Positions 25,244 through 36,974 of a DNA stretch of 64,000 nucleotides are shown here, piece by piece. Both the position numbers and the translations under genes were made by a program. Within the stretch, counting starts at the first letter, position 1, and the number at the start of each line of letters is the position of its first letter. The stretch is from Lepidodermella squamata (Eukaryota > Animalia > Gastrotricha): contig JBLDXI010000018.1 in the NCBI GenBank assembly GCA_047495785.1, positions 372,001 through 436,000 on the forward strand, read 5' to 3'. Under the pieces are notes generated by a model. That model did no database searches. It was given only the letters and a program-made list of their open reading frames with translations, and had not been told where the DNA came from.

Positions 25244-25831
25244 ATGGACGTTGGCGACGTAGTGCTTGAATTCGGCTTACTTGGAATATATATATTATCT
25301 CTTGGCATTGGATACGCCGTTCTTCGTTTTGCTGGTAAACATCGGCTGTGCATGAGCGACTATGTATTCGCAATGTGGAACTTGACGGCTTTCCTCATGC
25401 ACATAACTGTCGACACGTACTATCTCTACTCAGATCGTCTTCCTTTAGAAAAACCCAAAGTAGATTCGGGTGCCATGCCTGCATTTCATCAAATGGTAGA
25501 ATCAGCGTGGCATCAATACGGCTTATGCGATCGTCGGATGTTCTTAGACAATTATCAGCCCTTGGTCAGAGCGACAACCGTAGGCGCTAGTTTCGGCTCT
25601 TTGCCCCTCTGCTTCCTGGTCTACATCGGCCACTTAACTAAAGGTCGTTGGACTTATCCCATCCAAATCATGTCAGCTGTTTGGCACATAGCTTTGGTGC
25701 ACGCTTTTTGCTACCCTGAATATTTTATCGGCTTCAGTAACATCGAAATAATGGCAGGATTCTACGCATTCAACGCTCCTTTTGTTATTATTCCACTCTT
25801 TGCGATTATTTACGCTTTGAAGCGACTGTGA
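25244..25831 (+). CDS. EXPERA-domain (emopamil-binding protein-like) membrane protein, copy 2
   Basis: Tandem paralog of 24595-25191; LMHITVDTYY, WHQYGLCDRR, FYAFNAPFVIIP. Confidence 0.78.
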   Translation: MDVGDVVLEFGLLGIYILSLGIGYAVLRFAGKHRLCMSDYVFAMWNLTAFLMHITVDTYYLYSDRLPLEKPKVDSGAMPAFHQMVESAWHQYGLCDRRMFLDNYQPLVRATTVGASFGSLPLCFLVYIGHLTKGRWTYPIQIMSAVWHIALVHAFCYPEYFIGFSNIEIMAGFYAFNAPFVIIPLFAIIYALKRL

Positions 25832-25913
25832 CGCGTATCACTGTGATTCACGCTTTGACTCGTATCGTTGATATTTTGATTGATTATTTTGAATTAAATG
25901 ATTAGGTTTTAAA

Positions 25914-28900
25914 ATGTCTCAAGAAAACGACTTGGATGATGATGATTTCGGACCAGCTCTGCCTGGATCAGAGACCAGTAATGCCGTGCAGTCTTTGAAA
26001 AGAGACGCCAGCAATGATGATATCGACGCGATGAAAGTCGTAGTGAAAAAGCAGAAATTGCTGGATTTCCCGGATTCGCCCTACCCAGAATCGCTGCCAA
26101 ATGCCGAATCTTACGAGCGGAGTTACATGCATCGCGATCTTGTGACGCATGTCGCTTCATCTCACCGCTGTGATTTCGTGCTGACGGCGTCTAATGATGG
26201 CTTCATCAAATTCTGGCGGCGTACGACTCAACAAGAGGACGATGCCTCAGCGACGACCGGGGGCGCAACAGGCATGACGTCGTGTCTGGTAGAATTCATT
26301 AAACAATACAAGGTAGGCTTTGATCTGAAGATTCATTTTCTTATAGATCGAACGAAGCCCAACTAAAACTCGGGAATTAGGAATTATCGCGTCATTTGAT
26401 ACATTAGAAAACTTGATGTTCTAGGCCTGATTTGAGGCTCCTCTGTCGATTTCACTCAAAGAACCCGTGGAAGTACAGAATCTATTTGTTGTCGAGGGGT
26501 TTTAGTCATCTTTAATTTTCAATTTTGAAGCGTACGGTTTGATGGTATAGCGAAATCATTAGATTTAGATTGCAACTAAACGCAGAATTTAGATTGAAAT
26601 ACGCCAGAACGTCACCTCTGAAACTCTATTTAAGAAGTTACAATCTAAACCTTTAATTTTCACTTAGAAAAAGTAATTCTTCATAATATTTGGGGAAAGT
26701 TCCGCTAATTCTATATTTTTTTTCACATTTCTAGGCTCACATGTGTGCGATTCAAGAGCTCGTGATTTCAAGCGACGGCGAGTTGGCGTTAACAATCGGC
26801 GCCGAAGACGGTCTGCTCAATCTGTTCGACGTGCCCAGTTTCGACCTAATCAACCGGCTAAAACTCGGCTTTCAACCGCAATGCGCCGCGTTTTTAACCA
26901 CCAGCGCCGCGGCTGACACCAGCCAGACGTACGTGGCACTGGCTGAAGGCTCGAAAATCGTGATAATCGACGCGAGAGGCACCTCAGTCAACCAGCAGCA
27001 CCTCGTCAAAACGTTCGATTCACTGCACCGGTCGCCGATCACCCTCATTCGATACAACGCCCCGTTCGGCTGTGCCATGTCATGCGACGAAGCTGGGTTC
27101 GTCGAGTTCTGGTCGGGGCCGAAATACGACTTCGCGAAACACCCACCCTCCCTCAAATGGGAGTACAAAACCGACACGGACTGGTATGAAACTGCCAAGT
27201 CGAAAACCCCGGTTCTGGCGGTCGCCTTCAGCCCGCGCGATGGCAAAACCGCGGCGTTGTACGGCCGTGATCGCATAGTTCGGCTGTTCGATTTTGCGAC
27301 TGGCAAGCTGCTGGTGACGATGGACGAGTCGCCGGAGAACTACAAGAACCAGTCGGCGCTGATTGACGCGCTGGAGGCGGGCGATAAAACCGCGCCGGCT
27401 GATTTGATGGCGCTGAAAGCCATCAATTCGATGGAACTCGGCCGGCGATTGGCGGTAACTTGATTTTTATAATATTATTCAAAATAGAAAAGGAAACCAG
27501 AATTTTTTCGAGTTATAGAACGCTCCTAAATTAGGTACCCTCTTTGAAAAGTAGCTTGGAAAATGGCTCTTTTTATACTTGATTCTAACAACAGGTCGAG
27601 CGTGACATTGACTCGATGCCGATGAGCCAGCTAGCGACCCGGTGTTCCATCGTATTCGACGACTCGGGCCAATACCTGCTGTACCCGACCATGCTAGGCG
27701 TGCACGTCGTCGACGTGTCGAAAGCCCGCTCGTTGAAACGCGTCAAGTGCATCCGAATTCTGGGCAGGCTCGAAAACCTGCGCTTCTTGTCAATCGACGT
27801 GTTGCAAGGCGTGCCGATTCGACGCGGTGTGGCCGCTGCGTTGACCCTGGAACAACACGCGAGTGCGAACCCGGCTATCGAAGCGGCGACTGCTGCTGCG
27901 GCGAGTCTATCGGCCCGGCCGCTGCTCATTGCGAACGCACTCAGGCGAAACCGGTTCTATTTGCTGACGAGGAAAGAAGCGCCCGAGGACGAGCGCGACA
28001 TTTTCAACGAGAAACCGACGCGAGAGGACGCGTTGGTTGGCAACAGTCTAGCGGCTGGTGGAGCAGCTGGTGGCAAGGACGGTGGGGCGGCGCGGTTGGC
28101 GTCTCTCGCCACCCTCCACACGTCGTTCGGTGACATTTCGTTCGAGTTGTACGGCAAGGAGTGTCCGAAGACGGTTGAGAACTTCACGGCCCTGGCGCGG
28201 TCTGGCTACTACGACGGCAATATTTTCCACAGAGGTGAGCCCAAATCTTCGATCTAACCAAAATTTTGTCCTGAAAGTGAATGAATCTTGAGTTTTTCGT
28301 GTAATTGGGAATTTTTATCTAACCGTGACTTTGACTACTTCTGTAAATCTGCAAAAATTCCTTCCGCTTTAAGTTCTCAATTGTTGTTCTAAAATATCAC
28401 CCAAGCACTCAAAGATGTCATTTGTATCAATCCAGGTTTCACCATTTTAGTGTGCTACCCTGATACTAACTTGCTCGGGTCTCCTACTGGAGCGAAAACG
28501 CTTAAAAAAATGACTCTGAAGGTTGTGAAGGTTGGCATGTGCATAGTGAGAGTAAGATACACAAGGCCAAGCGAATGTAGTCGGAAAAACGAGTTGAGCC
28601 TTGATCCTGATCGATTGATTTATGCAATCCCTGCATTGTTAGAGGAGAAAAGATTATCCCATAAAGCTCCTTCATTGCCATTGCTGCAGTCGAGCTTTCT
28701 AAAATAAAAATAATAAATACATAATTAGGGCATATTTTATTTTTATTAGCAATAACGTAAATACTGTCGCGTAGTATTAGTTAGATTTGATTGAAGTTCA
28801 ATTTCATTGTCTTTTGATCTCAAAAATAACCAATTCACTAAATTATTCGCTCAACCAAAAACTGTAACTTCAAAACTCGTCCAAAAATCGATTTATTTTT

Positions 28901-29257
28901 ATAAATTTCAATTTGCTTTTAGTTATCCGCGGTTTCATGATCCAGACGGGCGATCCGCAGGGCACTGGCGCCGGCGGTCAGTCGATCTGGGGCCACGACT
29001 TTGACGACGAGATCGTGCCGTCGCTGAAGCACGACCGCCCGTTCACGGTCAGCATGGCGAACGCGGGCCCGAATACGAACGGCAGCCAGTTTTTCGTGAC
29101 GGTGCGCCCGGCGCCGTGGCTCGACGGCAAGCACACGGTGTTCGGCCGCGTCGTCAAGGGCATGGACACGGCGCTGCGCATCTCGAACGTCAAGTGCAAC
29201 GAGAAGACGGACAAGCCGCTCGAGGACATTCGCATCGTTGGTGTCACGCTTCGATAA
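25914..29257 (+). CDS. PPWD1: Peptidylprolyl isomerase domain and WD repeat-containing protein 1. Exons 25914-26312, 26735-27454, 27595-28234, 28923-29257
   Basis: [35 protein letters not shown], and cyclophilin domain [15 protein letters not shown]...[15 protein letters not shown]. Confidence 0.96.
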
Positions 29258-30017
29258 TACGTAGTCAGTCGCTCAATCAATCAATCAATCGAATGGACTG
29301 CTGTTGGGTGTTTTCTAAAAATCAGTTCTTTCATCATCATCTGAATTTTGTTTTCATGTTTCTTTGACAATTTCATTGGCTTTAAAATAGTAAAAACGAT
29401 CAAGGAAATTTTGCATTCTCAAAGCCGTTAATTTTAATTGAATAAGTATATTAGTATCATTCGGAATATGATGTTTTCGTCGAATGTTTGCCCGTTCTTA
29501 TCAAGCATTCTAATTAGCGGCCCCGTTGAAATTTGACATAAAAAAGGAGAGCAAGAGCAATCAAGTGCTAAAGTTTGCGATGCCTGCTTTAATATATTTG
29601 CGAAATATTCATCTATTTTCCCTCATATTGAAGCCACTAGGAGCATTTTCAATCGATTATCCGCTCTTTCCTTGGAAAATTAGCATTTACTTGGGTAAAT
29701 CCGTAAAAGCCCCATAGTAGATGGTTCGGTAATTTTCGGAATTTACCTGGTAAGAACAATTTTTTTAGAACAATAAGCGGATTTCTTCTGACCTAATGAC
29801 GTATTTTCTGTTAGAAAAAGACAGATTTTTCAGGGTGGATCCTGCAATTCAGAAAATGTGTTGATTTTCCAGCCAAAATGGGCGACAAATTTTTTTCTTT
29901 CAATCAAGTCTCTTTGGATGTACTCTTTCTGAATACGGTTTTATGACTGATTCTTGATTTATTTAAATTTTCCATAATTTTCATTTTTATAGAGGTTTAT
30001 TGTTGAATTTTTGTGAC

Positions 30018-32233
30018 ATGCTGACTACGATTTCGAGGCGATTCGTCGCTATCCCAGCGCGTCGACTGCTATCTACCGAGGCGCAACCAGCCGAATCAGC
30101 CTCCGACGAGTCATCTAACAAAGAAGAGCAACCGATCGCGAAACCAACTGCAAATGAAGATGGTTCATTCCGCGTGCTGGAAATTCCCGGGCTGAAGAAG
30201 CGCGAATTCGGCGCTCGCTTCGACTCGCCCACGTACAACGCGGCCGCCGAGGGCATGAAGAAGCGGCTGTTCCCGCCGGGCGGCGAGCCGCGGTCGAAGC
30301 GCATGTCGCCGACGACGAACAACTGGACGGCGGTGTGGCCGGCGGCGCAGTCGTTCAAGTGGTCGGTGGTGCCGCTGCCGGTGCGCCAGGGCTACGTGAA
30401 GCGCGGCCATGGCGTTGTGCCCGGCAAGTACGCCAATGCGGAGCTCATGAAAATTCCCAATTTCTTCCACTTGACGCCGGAACACATTCGCAAACACTGC
30501 AAGGCCATCAAACGTGAGTTGACTCGATCATGTTTATTCTTGGAAATATGAAGCATATTTGCTAGCCGAAAAAGTTAATAACGAAGGCTTCACTTTTTAA
30601 AGGCCTTCGCGGGAAAATGTATAAATTTCAACTTTTTCAATCAAATAAAACTTCGGGTAAAGCGAATTCTGAATTTCTGGCGATTTTTAGAATTTAGAAT
30701 TAATATTGGAATTTTTCAATTTATTTACCGAATTTACAATTTCAGAATTTACGACCGCATGGCCAGCTGAGCTGGACAGCGATGCGAAGGTGCAGGAGCA
30801 GTTTCCGCTCGAGGTGTCGTCGAGCACGTACTGCCAGGCCGGGCCGTCGGTGCGGCACCCGAACGCGCGACGCGTGACGCTGCGAGTGGCGCTGTCGAGC
30901 CTCGGCGAGCTCGACTACCACGCCAAGGACAAGCTGCTGCGCCTGCTCGGCCACCGCTACGACCCGGCCACCGGCCTCGTCACCATCACGGCCGACCGCT
31001 GCCCGACGTCGCGCCAGAACGAAGAATACGCCAAATACCTGCTCACAGCCGTCTACTACGAATCATGGGTGAGTTGAACATCTTCCTCTGGGTAACGGAA
31101 GAAAAATGAAAATTCCTTGTTATTTTTGAGACGTCCTTTTCGTTGAATGGATGGGCCGAGGCCATGGGTCCCGAATGAGCGCTCTTAGGGTCGCTTATTG
31201 GGGTCTCATGAGGAGACTTCAGGCTTTGCAAGGGGTTGACTTTTTAGGGTTGCCAGTTTGAAAGTAGGATTTTTGCATAAAATCGCCCGCCTCGTCTGCT
31301 TTTTGAAAATCAGGTGAAAATTGGGTAATTTTAGGGTGTAAAAATATGCGGCCAGAAACATTTTTGCTTTGAATGTAGTCGCCAAAAATATCATTTAATT
31401 TCCTAACGGTCCAGGAAAACTTTGTCAATCGGGTAATAGTGAAACCTCGGGTGGCGAACGTATAATTTTACACTATTAATAGCTTGAGAATAATATTGCT
31501 TATTGCTTTGAAATTATTTATTTTAGAAAACGGAAGAATGGGAGCGCAAAAAGACACCGGCGGACCTCGACAAGTTCTACTGGCACCTGAGCGCATCGAG
31601 GCGCCACGCTGTCGACTACGTCAAGGCACAGTGTAACAACAAAGCTGCTACTTCATCAAATTCACAACAGGTACCTATTATTATTACCACCACTATTTCC
31701 CGCGTGATATGTTCGACTGGCGATGAGTCATAGTTCTTGTATTCTAACGACATGATAATACTATGTAAGTATGTGTAAAAAATGTAGCATATAGAGTCGT
31801 GGTGTGTTTTTTCAGTCCACGCGTGTGACGGCAGATTAGCGTACCTGTATACACGTGCGCACATAAAGCCATTGTTCGCATCATTTTCAAGCAATACAGG
31901 CGTTTGTAGCACAGTTGCCAGGTCTTGTTGCAGACACTTTTCACCTTGTTCCAACAGACACTGATCTCATCAAGTAGTTGCTAGTTCATTTTTCACCTTA
32001 TCAGAGACTCCTTGCTCATCTTATCTGCATATTTTTTCTAGAATCGATTCAGTGGTCTGAGTGCGGAAGCAGCCGAGGTTGATATCGTTCGCCATCCGAC
32101 TGTGACAGCCTATCGTGACGCTGTTACCCAGCTTTATAACCACGGCGAGAGCGAAGAATCACTGCTCAACTATCGCAAATCAGTCGAGAAATTGTTGGGC
32201 CTGCCCGCTTCAAAATTCGCTGCTCAATCTTAA
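30018..32233 (+). CDS. MRPS35: Mitochondrial ribosomal protein S35 (mS35). Exons 30018-30513, 30746-31068, 31527-31670, 32042-32233
   Basis: Mitochondrial targeting peptide; WTAVWPAAQSFKWSVVPLPVRQG, NAELMKIPNFFHLTP, YLLTAVYYESWKTEEWE. Confidence 0.94.
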
Positions 32234-32574
32234 TCATAGAGATGAAATCGGTCAAATCGAAACCGATGCGGTTGAGCTTCGTCATTTCTCATGCCAATTT
32301 TTAGAAAATTTTCGTAAATTCCTCGTATAAAGTTTCAGTAACGATGATTTTTCCGAATTCAGGATCATTTACATGAATTTTTCCTGAAGTTTGGAATAAT
32401 CGTAAATTTGAAAAAAAATTGGTTGAATTTTGGAAATTTTTAGAAAATTGGCTTCGAGAAATGCTAGTAGCTCGATTCTAGCTTTAATAATATTTTCTAG
32501 TCAACAGCCGTCGAATTTTCTGACAATTTCAAATTTTTTCTGTAGTAGGGTTTTAAGTCACGTGGTGTTGAATC

Positions 32575-35500
32575 ATGGGGCGCAGACCCTCGCCGACGTA
32601 TTCGGCCCTTCACTCGCTAGCAGATCGGAATACAGGCGCCACACCGGGCGAGTTGCTGCATTTCCGCGAGCAGCACGCCGTCACGCGGTCGACCATCAGC
32701 CGACTGGGGCTGTCTTCGGAACTCGACGGCCACGATGGCTGCGTCAATTGCCTGGAGTGGAACGAAACAGGCTCGCTGCTCGTGTCCGGGTCCGACGACT
32801 TGTGCCTCTGCGTTTGGCAGCCGTTCGGCAAGCGCAAGCTGCTGCGGCGGATCAAAACGCATCACAGTGGCAATATTTTCTCGGTCAAATTCGTGGCAGG
32901 GCACAGCGATAACCTACTCGCTTCCGGGGCGGCTGATTGCCGAGTTCAATTACATGACATCGAACAAGGTATTTTGCTTGAACTTTTGATTCTATGAAAA
33001 TATTGACAGAAAATGACGAAGAAATCTGCCTCTCTGTATCCACGGGGTATTTAAGGGGGGTTAGGGGCAAAGCGGAGTGTTTAAGGTCGATTTCGCTTTT
33101 TACATCTCCCAATATTCGGAATCGCACGGTAATTTACCCAGAATTCATGGGATTTTGGACTCTTGGTCTGCTATTCTATCGAAAAAAATTGAAAATTACC
33201 GCAGATTATTCGAGAAACCCAAAAATGACTGGATCGGTGATTTTTCGGTATTTTACCTATTTCGACCGAGTTCCTACGGATTATTGAAAGCTGCATATTT
33301 ACTTTAATTAGCTGACCTGATATATTCAAAGCTGCGCTGTGATTGATAAGAGGATGAAAAAATCTTTTGATAGGTTTTAATTATGTCGTTCCAGAATTTG
33401 ACCCACTTCATCTGATACTTGGCGCTGTCCAAAAATTGTGGTTGATTAAATCTAACCTCAAATCTAATATCCAATCATTTACAAATTTCTTAGCATTAAT
33501 TTAATTGTGTTCAAATTCATTATTCGTGATTCGAGTTTATTAAAAGTGCTCTTGGTTAATTTTAGGCACAACCCTTCGAACTTTCGCGAACAACGGCGGT
33601 CGCGTGAAGCGGCTCGCAACCACGCCGTCGGTCGCCGACGTGTTCTGGGTGGGCGCCGAGGACGGCACCGTCATGCAGTACGACCTGCGCGATCCGAGCG
33701 TGTCGGCCGGCGCCCGAAACCCACCCATCGTACTCCTGAATCTGAACGCCCACTGCGGACCGCACGTCGAGGTGAAATGCGTCGCGGTCAATCACCAACG
33801 GCCTGAACTGCTCGCTGTTGGCTGCAACGACCCGTACGTGCGCGTGTACGACCGGCGAAGTCTCACGACTCGGCCTTTGTCGATGCCGTCAATGGCGGTG
33901 GCGGCTGGTGGGGCGCCGCTGTCTGGCGTCGAGGAGGAGGAGGTCGCTAAGAAATGGGCGTCGCCTGCCGAGTGGTCCATACCCGACTGCGCGGCGACTT
34001 ACTACGCTGCTGGTGAGTGGTTTTTTCTGATTTTCCTATTACACTCGACCTTATGCTTGGAATGAATATTTTAGCAATTGGTTGAATTTTTGAGAATTTT
34101 AAATTGAAAATAGGATGTCTATCCTGAACATTTCTTTAACCCGGATAGTGAGATTCATTCCAAGCCTGGCGAGTGGTAGAAGTTGCACATAACACAACCA
34201 CAGCTGTGTTGCCTATCTCAATAACCAACCTGTTGTGGGAAACGTGTGCATATAATGAAGCCCAGAACCGAGGCTCGGTAATTCCAGCCTCCAGCTATAT
34301 CAAGATCCATTACAAAACGCGGCTGCTTTGAGTCTCGGTCTCACATTTTTGTCTCATTTTCAACCCATTCAGGTCATCTTCCAAGTAAAGAAGCAACTTA
34401 CCGCCGGCAATTTCGGCAACTGTCAGTCACTTATCTCACATTCAGCCCGGATGGCACCGAGCTGTTGGCGAACTGCGGGGGAGAACAAATTTACCTGTTC
34501 GACATTCGTGAACCTCGTCACGTCGAACGATTCCGGCCGCCGTCAGTTTCTCCAAGCATCGACTCACAAAATCGATTCCGCCTCGCGTCGGCGTCGAATT
34601 TCCACGACGTGGCGCATTTCGCTGAGCCGTTCAACGGCTCGGTCATGGCCTCGCCGAGATCGCTCGATCTCAACCGGTTGGCCGAGCTCATCAAAGAGCG
34701 GGCGAATATGTATTATTCAGAGAAGAAATTTCCACTATCAATCCAGGCGTATAACCAAGCGCTGGCCATCAACCCTCGATCGGCTGTTATTTGGGCCAAT
34801 CGAGCCGCGGCTTTGCTCAAACGCAACTGGTGCGGCGACACTTACCTGGTACGTTCATTTTGGAATTTTTTATAAGTTTCCAATTTAGGGTACAGAAATC
34901 CAATTTTTCACAAATTGGTTTTTTGATAATTGAATTGGGTTTTTGATAATTGAATTTCTTTGAATATTTCATCGATTTTCGGTCATTTTATTTGCATTTT
35001 TCGTTTGATTTCAGGCCGCACGTGACTGCCAACTGGCGATCGAAATCGACCCTGACTATTTCAAAGCCTACTGCCGTTTAGCGCGGTGTCTCTACGACCT
35101 CGACTGGGCGTCGGACGCGCTCAAAGTGCTCGATTACGTCAAATCAAAATTCTCAGACGATCAAATCGCTCAAATTGAGTCTTTCTACACTACAGTCGTA
35201 AGTTTTGGGATTTTATGTCAAAAATATGCCAATTTTATAAATTACATAGAAATCTGCCTCGGATCTGAACTTATCTGAGGATTCGTCGCCGTCGCGTCGC
35301 CGGACTCGCATGAGTTCATCGTCGACGCGGTCGAACGAATCCGACTCGGCTGATACGTCGGCGTCGGATGCGGGGCGAGATGCGCGGCCGTTTCGATCGA
35401 GGCGGCTCGACAACTTGTCTTCGACTGAAAAGCAATTCCGAAATGGGGCTTTCGACTACAGTGTCATGTTTTCCGGCCATTGTAACACTACGACGGATAT

Positions 35501-36677
35501 CAAGGAGGCGAATTTCTTCGGCACGAATTACATCGTCGCCGGTTCAGATGACGGCCACTTTTTCTGCTGGGAACGCAGCACGCAAAACGTCGTCAAAGTA
35601 CGTTTGTATAAACTTCTTTTATTCATTTCAGGGTAAGTTTTAGTCATAGTCTTGCAAGGAAGAAAGAGATTCCTCGAGATCAGTTGCGCTATTGTCCAGA
35701 TTTCAAGGATCAACTTCGTATGCATTCGTAGTGTTCGTATTCCTCAGATTTGTTAGCAGTCTCATTCAATTGAGCGAGTGCTCAAAATTGTAATAGCAAA
35801 CACTCCCGATATATTCATTAGATTGTAAGATGGATAAAAAATGGGATTAAATGCAAGAAATTTCGGTTCCATTAACTAGCAACGTGAGAAGCCAATTTTG
35901 GTCATATATCTTCAGTTGCTTGTAGCTGGTTATAAGGTCGAATGATAACGTCGTCGCCACAGAGTTGGTCGAAATACGAACTTTGAGCGACAATCGATAC
36001 GAAGGTAGGACGGACGCATTGAACTCTCAGATTAGCCGGAGTAAGGAAAAACGGATGGCTATTATAAGTTGTAATTTGAAACTGATTCATTCATCAACTG
36101 AGAGTAATAGTGGATCAATTTAGCTTGAAACCTCCTAAGTATGAATGAGTAATGAAAATAACAAGAAAATGAATAATTATGACATAGGTATGGCATGGGT
36201 ATTATAGTCGCTTCACCTAAAAAATGATAATTCTTACTCATAACTTTTGCTTAGATTTTGAATGGCGACGATTCGATCGTGAATTGCCTGCAGCCGGCGC
36301 CGAACTCGTGTCTGCTGGCGACGAGCGGCATCGACAAGGTGGTGCGGCTGTGGTCGCCGCTGGCGGAGGACGGCCGGCCGAACCCGCGTCTCGTCTCGGC
36401 CGCGTGGAACAAGGTGGCGGAGGAGAACCAGCGGCGCATGAACGCCGACCCGCTCGAGGTCATGCTGCAGTCGATGGGCTACCGCATCGTGTCAACCGAG
36501 GACGAGAACGAAAATAGCAATAACAATGATGGCCACAATGACAATTCAGACGGAGATTCCGATGACGGGGATAATAACGATGGCGATGGGGATGACCCGA
36601 GGAGGCGGCCTAGGGGAGGCGGCGGCGGCGGCAGCAGTCGACCTGGCCCGGGTCGAGTCGCTTGTGCTCAGAGTTGA
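32575..36677 (+). CDS. WDTC1: WD and tetratricopeptide repeats protein 1 (adipose/DCAF9). Exons 32575-32968, 33566-34012, 34373-34848, 35015-35197, 35250-35597, 36255-36677
   Basis: LDGHDGCVNCLEWN, HSGNIFSVKF, TPR NRAAALLKRNWCGD, GHCNTTTDIKEANFFG, NQRRMNADPLEVML. Confidence 0.95.
34182..34348 (+). ncRNA. Intronic H/ACA-like RNA, copy 1 (WDTC1 intron 2)
   Basis: Hairpin, ANANNA (ATATAA 34250-34255), hairpin, ACA (34343-34345); 165/166 nt identical to 37627-37792. Confidence 0.65.
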
Positions 36678-36974
36678 GTCAACGATGAATGAACAATCTG
36701 CTCAGATTCTCAACAAGTCAACTAAAACTTGTGTCCATATTGACCTATATTATAAAGATTATCATGTTACTTTTGGTGATTGAACACTTGTTAGAAGCAA
36801 GAAAAAATATATTTACTACCAAGTAATAACACGGCTTGATGTATAACCATATATATATTATAATGGGTTCTTTTTTATAAAATTTTCCAGCGATTGTTGC
36901 TATTATTTGATTGCATTTTTTTTAAATGCTCTAGTATTTATTGAATGAGTTGTTGTCGATTGGCGTGCTGAGAT

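Noticed and set aside
31185-31340. Three TTAGGG hexamers (AACCCTAA on the minus strand) suggesting a telomerase RNA template
   Set aside because: No pseudoknot or H/ACA context visible; the best copy is part of TAGGGTTGCCA, a common hAT-type terminus.
31815-31866. Hairpin followed by ACA in MRPS35 intron 3
   Set aside because: No correctly placed H box or convincing 5' hairpin.
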